Part shown: positions 17,296 to 23,214 of the stretch, one piece after another
Position numbering within the stretch: position 1 is the first letter of the stretch
How the letters are laid out: each line of letters begins with the position of its first letter
Assembly (NCBI GenBank): GCA_035559535.1
Contig: DATMBG010000034.1
Location: forward strand, 62,001 to 85,214
Direction of reading: 5' to 3'
DNA from: Candidatus Limnocylindrales bacterium
GTDB taxonomy: Bacteria > Moduliflexota > Moduliflexia > Moduliflexales > JAUQPW01
Length of the DNA stretch: 23,214 bases
The notes under the pieces: generated by a model
Told to the model about the DNA's origin: nothing
Databases searched by the model: none
What the model saw: only the letters and a program-made list of their open reading frames with translations
Made by a program: the position numbers and the translations under genes

Positions 17296-17392
17296 CTTCC
17301 CCGGGGTTAGGGTTTCCTTCCTGACCTCTCTACTCCAGGGAAAGGAGCCTGGAAGTTAAAATCTCTTCCCCTGTAGAGGGGGGAAAAGGGTC
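17296..17392. repeat. Degenerate C-run/G-run palindromes upstream of the helicase gene
   Basis: CTCCAGG..CCTGGAAG and TCTTCCCCTGTAGAGGGGGGAAAAGGG, similar in style to 13340-13367. Confidence 0.4.
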
Positions 17393-17441
17393 CTGAGGTT
17401 CCAACCCAGGAGATTTAATTCTACAAAACCCTCTACTCCTT

Positions 17442-19133
17442 CTATTTGCTGTGCTTCAAGTGCGCTTCGATCTGACCTTTGGTAAAGGGACTTACAGATT
17501 CTGCGATCATGACGTTTACACAGGCCGGAAGGCCGGATTTAAAAGCCCGTTCCAGGGCGGGTTGTAATTGTTCGGGCTTTTCTACAAACTCCCCATGACC
17601 CCCCAGGGCTTCTACCACCTTGTCGTATCGAACCATGCCCAGATCACATCCGATGACACGGTCCTTTCCGTAAATGGCTTTCTGTAACTCCCGTTCTAAT
17701 CCCCAACCCCGGTCATTACCGATGACGACGACAATAGGCAACTTATGCCGAATGGCCGTGTGGAATTCCCATCCGAAGAAGGCGAAGGCTCCATCTCCAG
17801 TTAAAACCACAACCTGTTTGTCCGGCCTTGCCAGTTTGGTTGCAATGGCGAAGGGAATAGAAGCCCCTATAGCAGCCAGAGGCCCCAAACGGAGCCAGTG
17901 ACCCGGTTTATGGGCCGATAAAGCCAGACGACACCAGTGGACAAAATCTCCCCCATCAAACACCAGGGTGGTATCCTCATCCAACATCTTCTTGACTTCC
18001 CGACAGAGACGCAGAGGGTGAATAGGGATTTCATCGGAGTTCTCATAGGGTGCGAATTGTTCTTTACCGTCCTGGGCTACCTTCCGAAGGTACTCAATCC
18101 AGGCTTTTCTTCCCCAACCTTTTTTCTCCTCTGCCGTGGTGATAAGTTGCTTCAAGGTGCTTTTAGCATCGGCTAAAATTCCTATTTCCAGCTCTCGATT
18201 CTTCCCCAACTCTCCGGGGTAAGTATCCACCTGAATCAGTTTAGCCTTTGGATCAAAAAATCCAGGACCTCCATATTTTAGGCGGAAATCTATTCGTTTT
18301 CCCAAAACCAACACCACATCGGCCTGTTTAATTTCTTTGGCAACCGGATTAAAAGCCGTATCGGCATAGCCAAAACAGAGGGGATGAAAATCTGAAACAA
18401 TTCCCCGTGCCATCCCTATGGTAAACAGAGGAATCTGGGTCAATTCAATAAACTTCTGTAACTCAAGGGATGCCTGCGCCCACCAGACTCCAGAACCTGC
18501 TATACAGACCGGTCTTTCGGCAGTTTTGAGAAGGGCAACGGCTTTTTCAATCAGATCCGGGTCTGCCGATGATCCTTGCAGGATCCGATACCTCTCCCTT
18601 GCAGGGAAGGAAATGGAAGATTCCTCCACTTCTGCCGTGGCCACATCCACCGGGATATTCAAATTGACAGGACCTGGACGTCCCGATACGGCCTCACGGT
18701 AAGCGGCGGCTATATATTCGGGGATCCTCTTGACCTCAGTAACTTCCCGAACCCATTTTGTCACCGGTTTCGACATACCCATCTGATCCATCTCCTGGAG
18801 AGCGTTCTTTTCCTTGAGGTATTGATTGAATTGACCACTGATCAAAATGACGGGACTTCCGGCCAGATAAGCCGTAGCCAACCCGGTCATGGCATTGGTA
18901 TGACCGGGGCCTCCAGTAACCACCGCTACACCGGGTTCTCCGGTCACCCGGGCCCAGGCATCGGCCATATGGACAGCCGCCGATTCGTGCCGGGTATCGA
19001 TAACCTCAACCCCGTAATCCAGACAGGCATTAAAAATCGGATTAATATGATCTCCACAGAGTCCAAAAATTCTCTTAACCCCTTCCCGTTTAAGGCTTTT
19101 AACAATAAGGTGTCCTCCTGTTAAAGTTCCCAT
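17442..19133 (-). CDS. Thiamine-diphosphate-dependent enzyme (acetolactate-synthase-like / 2-hydroxyacyl-CoA lyase-like)
   Basis: [11 protein letters not shown] (catalytic Glu), [15 protein letters not shown], ThDP motif GDGAF..N(N)DRGWG. No small regulatory subunit gene adjacent. Confidence 0.9.
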   Translation of the reverse strand: MGTLTGGHLIVKSLKREGVKRIFGLCGDHINPIFNACLDYGVEVIDTRHESAAVHMADAWARVTGEPGVAVVTGGPGHTNAMTGLATAYLAGSPVILISGQFNQYLKEKNALQEMDQMGMSKPVTKWVREVTEVKRIPEYIAAAYREAVSGRPGPVNLNIPVDVATAEVEESSISFPARERYRILQGSSADPDLIEKAVALLKTAERPVCIAGSGVWWAQASLELQKFIELTQIPLFTIGMARGIVSDFHPLCFGYADTAFNPVAKEIKQADVVLVLGKRIDFRLKYGGPGFFDPKAKLIQVDTYPGELGKNRELEIGILADAKSTLKQLITTAEEKKGWGRKAWIEYLRKVAQDGKEQFAPYENSDEIPIHPLRLCREVKKMLDEDTTLVFDGGDFVHWCRLALSAHKPGHWLRLGPLAAIGASIPFAIATKLARPDKQVVVLTGDGAFAFFGWEFHTAIRHKLPIVVVIGNDRGWGLERELQKAIYGKDRVIGCDLGMVRYDKVVEALGGHGEFVEKPEQLQPALERAFKSGLPACVNVMIAESVSPFTKGQIEAHLKHSK

Positions 19134-19207
19134 ATTTCTCCTTTTTTCCCTGTATCATAAAGGTCTTTTTCACATTCTTGCCTCAGGATTATTCCCCACA
19201 ATTTTTT

Positions 19208-19236
19208 AGCATAATTTCCCGGTTTTTCCCTGTCAA
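19208..19236 (-). promoter_or_regulatory. Sigma70 promoter for the ThDP enzyme gene
   Basis: Minus strand reads TTGACA-N17-TATGCT. Confidence 0.7.
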
Positions 19237-19317
19237 ATAAAACCTTTGGGATTTTTTAAATGGAAAAAACGATAGGAAGAATTCAAACAAAATTCGAGAA
19301 GATCGAAAATATGAGGG

Positions 19318-19353
19318 AAGAAACCCGTTTTATGGAGAGAAAACGGGTTTCTT
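19318..19353 (-). terminator. Inverted repeat downstream of grxD, probable terminator
   Basis: AAGAAACCCGTTTT-N8-AAAACGGGTTTCTT, a 14-bp perfect stem. Confidence 0.6.
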
Positions 19354-19400
19354 AAAATGAAAGGAATCCTTAGGATGGAAGTGGTTTGTATCCGGTTACT

Positions 19401-19733
19401 TTACTTAGAATCCGTTTCAAAGGCTTCCTTGACCATTTGTTGGAGTTCGCCCCGGGCATAGAGCTCCCGGGTAATATCACATCCGCCGATAAATTTCCCG
19501 TTAATAAAAACCTGGGGGATGGTAGGCCAGTTTGTAAACCGCTTGATCCCCTCTCGAATCTCTTCATCTTCCAGTACGTCCACCGTTTCAAAGGGATAAC
19601 CCAATTCCTCAAAAACCTCCACAGTTGCTGCTGAGAAACCGCATCGAGGGAAATCTCTGGTCCCTTTCATATAGATAAGGATTTTGTTATTGGCAACCTG
19701 GGATTTAATTTTCTCCATAACATTTTCTGACAT
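19401..19733 (-). CDS. grxD: Monothiol glutaredoxin (Grx4/GrxD)
   Basis: MKGT..PRCGFS, WPTIPQVF, FIGGCDI; AGGAGGT SD upstream of ATG 19733. Confidence 0.95.
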   Translation of the reverse strand: MSENVMEKIKSQVANNKILIYMKGTRDFPRCGFSAATVEVFEELGYPFETVDVLEDEEIREGIKRFTNWPTIPQVFINGKFIGGCDITRELYARGELQQMVKEAFETDSK

Positions 19734-19806
19734 AATTTTTACCTCCTTTTGAGAGAGATGCATTTCGCTCCTTCATTTTAACCTTAAACAGAAAAAATGA
19801 CTTTGA

Positions 19807-20055
19807 CTACGAACCTCGTCGCCACTGTTCAGGGGTATACGTTTTTAGAGCAAGGGCATGGATATCACCGGCCATGACCTCTCGAAGGGCGTCATAAACA
19901 AGTCGATGTTGGTCGACAAGCCCTTTTCCTTCAAATTCTGAAGAGACCACAATGGCCTGAAAATGATCTCCACCACCGGTCATGTCCTCTACATGCACCA
20001 GGGACCCAGGTAATGCTTGCTCAATGGCAGCTTTAATTTTATCAGGATCCAGCAT
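19807..20055 (-). CDS. bolA: BolA/IbaG family protein
   Basis: GGGDHF, SEFEG, QHRLVY, IHAL, TP; GGAGGAG SD upstream of ATG 20055; adjacent to grxD as is common. Confidence 0.92.
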   Translation of the reverse strand: MLDPDKIKAAIEQALPGSLVHVEDMTGGGDHFQAIVVSSEFEGKGLVDQHRLVYDALREVMAGDIHALALKTYTPEQWRRGS

Positions 20056-20111
20056 ACCGTACGCTCCTCCCATGTTTGCTCATTGAATAAGATCGTTAAA
20101 TTCCTTATATA

Positions 20112-20140
20112 AAGATAGGTCTTGGAGACGAGATAAGCAA
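20112..20140 (-). promoter_or_regulatory. Putative sigma70 promoter for bolA-grxD
   Basis: Minus strand reads TTGCTT-N17-TATCTT. Confidence 0.45.
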
Positions 20141-20340
20141 GGAGTGAGATTTAACAATTATGAGCTTGACAGATTCCGTGGGGAACGATTTAAATTATCT
20201 GTATTCGGGGATACAAGGATATTTTATTTTGACTGATTTTTGATACCATTTCCGGGTTAGGATAAGGCCCTGGGGGGAGGAATTAAAGTCTGGGATAGTG
20301 TATCCCACACAGGCATCAAGCTTAATCATTCTGCGATTTT

Positions 20341-21468
20341 ATGATGACAACCTATGAGGTAGGAATTATCGGTGCAGGAACCATGGGAAGTGCTGCAGCT
20401 TTTCACCTGGCTAAACGGGGTCATCAGGTTATTGCCTTTGAACAATTTCAGGTGGTCCATGACTTTGGAAGCCATAGTGGGAGGACCCGGATTATTCGCC
20501 ATGCCTATCATGAGTCTCCGGATTACGTGCCTTTAGTTTTACGGGCAGATGAGCTCTGGCTTGAACTGGAGAAAATCCATGGACAGACTTTATTGATTCG
20601 TACCGGTGGGCTTGATATGGGACCGGCGGGTTGTTCATTTGTTCAAGGTGCCCTCGAAGCCTGTAAGGTCCATCACCTCCCCTATGAACCTTTAAAGGCC
20701 GGAGAGATCATGAAACGATGGCCTGCCTTTCAAATCCCGGATAACTGGGAGGCCTGCTACAATGCCCAGGCAGGATTTCTCATGGTGGATCGATGTATTC
20801 AGGCCCATATTCAGGAGGCCAGGGCAAAAGGAGCCAGGGTCTGTGAAGGAGAGAGGGTTCTTTCTTTTGAAGATCAGGGCACTCAGGTACAGGTTAGAAC
20901 CGACCGGGATATTTATACCGTTGGTCGCCTCATTGTATGTGCGGGTTCCTGGACCTCCTGGCTCCTTAAAAGCCTTGGATTGCCCCTGGTGGTCCGGCGT
21001 AAAACCCTGGCCTGGTTTCGTCCCAGAAACCCGGCAGATTTTGTACCGGAAAAGTTCCCTATTTTTATCACAGAGAGTGAAGAAGGGGCTATCTATGGAC
21101 TCCCTCTGCACGATCATCCGGGGGTCAAAATGGCGAACCATTACGGTGGAACCCCTACACATCCAGATCAGGTAGATAGAACCTTTCAGGAAACGGACGT
21201 GACGGAAGTAAAGAATTTTATCCGAAAATATCTACCCGGCCTGACCGGGGAGATCCTTGAAGGGAAGATCTGCCTGTATACCTTAACCCCCGATGAGCAT
21301 TTTATTATTGACTTTTATCCGGGTAAATCCCATATTGTCATCGCAGCCGGTTTTTCCGGCCATGGCTTTAAATTTGCTCCAGTTGTAGGAGAAATTTTGG
21401 CCGATCTGGCCATAGAAGGAAGGACGCGTTATTCTATCGACAGGTTCCGAATTTCAAGGTTTTTTTAA
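20341..21468 (+). CDS. solA: N-methyl-L-tryptophan oxidase / monomeric sarcosine oxidase family flavoprotein
   Basis: IIGAGTMG, GSHSGRTRIIRHAY, CLYT (covalent FAD Cys), GFSGHGFKF. Confidence 0.88.
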   Translation: MMTTYEVGIIGAGTMGSAAAFHLAKRGHQVIAFEQFQVVHDFGSHSGRTRIIRHAYHESPDYVPLVLRADELWLELEKIHGQTLLIRTGGLDMGPAGCSFVQGALEACKVHHLPYEPLKAGEIMKRWPAFQIPDNWEACYNAQAGFLMVDRCIQAHIQEARAKGARVCEGERVLSFEDQGTQVQVRTDRDIYTVGRLIVCAGSWTSWLLKSLGLPLVVRRKTLAWFRPRNPADFVPEKFPIFITESEEGAIYGLPLHDHPGVKMANHYGGTPTHPDQVDRTFQETDVTEVKNFIRKYLPGLTGEILEGKICLYTLTPDEHFIIDFYPGKSHIVIAAGFSGHGFKFAPVVGEILADLAIEGRTRYSIDRFRISRFF

Positions 21469-21522
21469 CTTCCTGACCCTATAAAGTTATTCTTTCCGGC
21501 CCTCTCAGGGAATTGAATAAAG

Positions 21523-22170
21523 ATGATGAAGAAGACCTTACAGAGAATAGATCTTAAACCCGAACGCCAACCGGCAGCAGGATGTGTGGTAGTCTTACAC
21601 GGTCGAGGAACCAACGGCTATGACCTTGTTCCCATCGTTCAAGCTTTTAGGCTTCCAAGACTTCGATACCTCTTTCCCCATGCCCCCTTTCCGGTCCCCT
21701 TTATTTGGGAAGGGAGAGCCTGGTATGAGCTTCCTCCCTATGATCGGGAGGGAATTCTGGAAAGTCGTCAGCTTCTTTTTAACCTACTTGAAGAACTGGA
21801 AGGAGAGGGTCTCTCTTCCGGTCAGATTGCCCTGATGGGTTTCTCTCAAGGGGCCGTAATGAGTTTAGATGTGGGGGTCCGTTATCCCCACAGACTGGCC
21901 GGAATCATTGCTTTAAGCGGGTATCTTCCTTTCCCTGAAAGCTTACATCAAGAGAAATCTCCGGTTTCTCAAGGACTCCCCGTTCTTCTCGCCCATGGGA
22001 CCGAAGATCCTGTGGTCCCCATTTTGGGATCGCGGCAAGCGGCTCAGATTCTCAAAGAGGAAGAATTTTCCGTACGCCTCCTGGAGTATCGTATGGGACA
22101 TGAGGTAATCCCGGAAGAAGTAGCAGAAATCCGAAGGTTTCTGCAGGACCTCTTCCCGGATTACCTTTAG
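21523..22170 (+). CDS. Phospholipase/carboxylesterase (alpha/beta hydrolase)
   Basis: LHGRG, FPHAP, AWY, GFSQG nucleophile elbow, HGTEDPVV, MGHE. Confidence 0.92.
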   Translation: MMKKTLQRIDLKPERQPAAGCVVVLHGRGTNGYDLVPIVQAFRLPRLRYLFPHAPFPVPFIWEGRAWYELPPYDREGILESRQLLFNLLEELEGEGLSSGQIALMGFSQGAVMSLDVGVRYPHRLAGIIALSGYLPFPESLHQEKSPVSQGLPVLLAHGTEDPVVPILGSRQAAQILKEEEFSVRLLEYRMGHEVIPEEVAEIRRFLQDLFPDYL

Positions 22171-22679
22171 GAAATAACTTCTTTGGCAGCCAGGGCCTTT
22201 TGAATCATTTCCCTGGCCTCTTCCAGCTCAATACTTGAAGCAAGGGCCAGTTCTTTGGCCAGCTCTTCAGAAGACGCCTCATAAAGTTGCCTCTCGGACC
22301 CGGGTTTCAACAGCCCACTCTGAAAAAACTTATAAAGAGTCGATACCACCAGAGCCAGCCCTCGAACACTGCCTACCCTTAAAGCCTGTATCTGTTCCTC
22401 GTACCTCTCAGAAGCCGTTTTATTCAGATTTATGTCGGAGGGACCTTCCCGAAGTATTTTCATAATCTCCGGAATATCCTTTTTCTCCATAACCTTTCGA
22501 AGTCCTAACTTTGCACTGGAGCTTACCGGAATATACACTATCATCTGTGCTTCCCGTCTTTTCAGTTTTACCTTGTAAAACAATTTCCTTTGACCGTCAA
22601 AATCCTTATAGGTAACATCTACGATCTCTCCCTGGCCGATACGAGGGTAAACAACTCGATCTCCTTTCTTAAATCGCAT
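22167..22679 (-). CDS. CarD/CdnL-family RNA-polymerase-binding protein (divergent)
   Basis: FKKGDRVVYP..G.G.I, IPV, LGLRKV, ERQLYE..L..ELA. Start set at ATG 22679 (MRFKKGD). Stop overlaps the esterase stop by 4 bp. Confidence 0.85.
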   Translation of the reverse strand: MRFKKGDRVVYPRIGQGEIVDVTYKDFDGQRKLFYKVKLKRREAQMIVYIPVSSSAKLGLRKVMEKKDIPEIMKILREGPSDINLNKTASERYEEQIQALRVGSVRGLALVVSTLYKFFQSGLLKPGSERQLYEASSEELAKELALASSIELEEAREMIQKALAAKEVIS

Positions 22680-22695
22680 GGAAGATCTATGGTTT

Positions 22696-22792
22696 AAGCA
22701 ACCTGGCGAAATCGCCATGTGCTAAGGCCGCCTTTCCTCGGCCTAGAATCTCCCCTGAAGGCCCTTCCCGGGTACCCTCAATGCCGTTGCCT
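22696..22792 (-). ncRNA. Candidate structured cis-regulatory RNA in the CarD 5' leader
   Basis: Closing stem AGGCAAC/GTTGCTT encloses three hairpins: TGAGGG/CCTTCA, AGGCCG/CGGCCT and TGGCG/CGCCA. No known riboswitch consensus recognised. Confidence 0.4.
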
Positions 22793-22950
22793 GACTTTAA
22801 TTTCTTTATAAGAGGTATCAGAAACCAATTTTAAACAATTTGGACCACCCGGAGTTGAATTTTCCCCAACAGAAAATACCAGAATTTTAACCCCGCAGAT
22901 CAAAATAACTCTTTAAGTTCAACAACTTACAACTTACCTCCTATTTAGGA

Positions 22951-22979
22951 AGACTATCTTATTTAACAAAGTTTGTCAA
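22951..22979 (-). promoter_or_regulatory. Sigma70 promoter upstream of the CarD gene
   Basis: Minus strand reads TTGACA-N17-TAGTCT. Confidence 0.7.
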
Positions 22980-23214
22980 CTTTTATTTTTTAAAACTAAA
23001 ATTACCTGGCGTCACTACCTGGTAAAGTTAATTTTGGGTTATTCTCTTCCCCCCTCACCCCCTGTCCTCCAGTCTAACCATTACCCACATTTTTTCATTT
23101 CAGGGGATTAATAACTGGTTTAGCTATCTTGCTGGTTGAGTAGCGAAATGCATTGAATCTCCTTCGTGAGGGCAAGCTCCCTCTTTTTGCAAGGTGGGTC
23201 AACCGGGACGGTTG

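Noticed and set aside
20166..20196. TTGACA..TAAATT promoter for solA
   Set aside because: The -35 is perfect but spacing to the best TAnnnT is 19 nt; too uncertain to list as a feature.
22696..22792. tRNA gene (cloverleaf-like fold)
   Set aside because: No T-loop GTTCRA, no D-loop consensus, no 7-nt anticodon loop; arm spacing does not fit.

Overview
Bacterial, mostly housekeeping-type 23.2-kb window with no rRNA, tRNA, CRISPR array or transposase recognisable. Left to right: 3' end of a membrane-protein gene, a D-2-hydroxyacid dehydrogenase, a PpiD/SurA-type PPIase, a secreted HEAT-repeat + EbdC/DOMON-like cytochrome fusion, a minus-strand run (hypothetical, AcuC-like deacetylase, dapL, panC), ggt, a secreted FGE-sulfatase-domain protein, a 1243-aa TM0106-like RecB/Cas4 nuclease + RNase H-like + SF1 helicase, a ThDP enzyme, bolA-grxD, solA-like oxidase + carboxylesterase, and a divergent CarD-family gene. 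Several clear sigma70-type promoters are visible, one positioned to give a leaderless mRNA. The most unusual signals are: (i) 7- and 8-bp short tandem repeats that form intergenic palindromes and also sit in frame inside the nuclease-helicase at four or five places; (ii) a CarD lacking the conserved Trp, behind a ~265-nt leader with a candidate uORF and a four-way-junction RNA; (iii) the orphan HEAT-cytochrome fusion. I cannot demonstrate a complete new multi-gene system. All family assignments come from motif recognition by eye, not from database searches.
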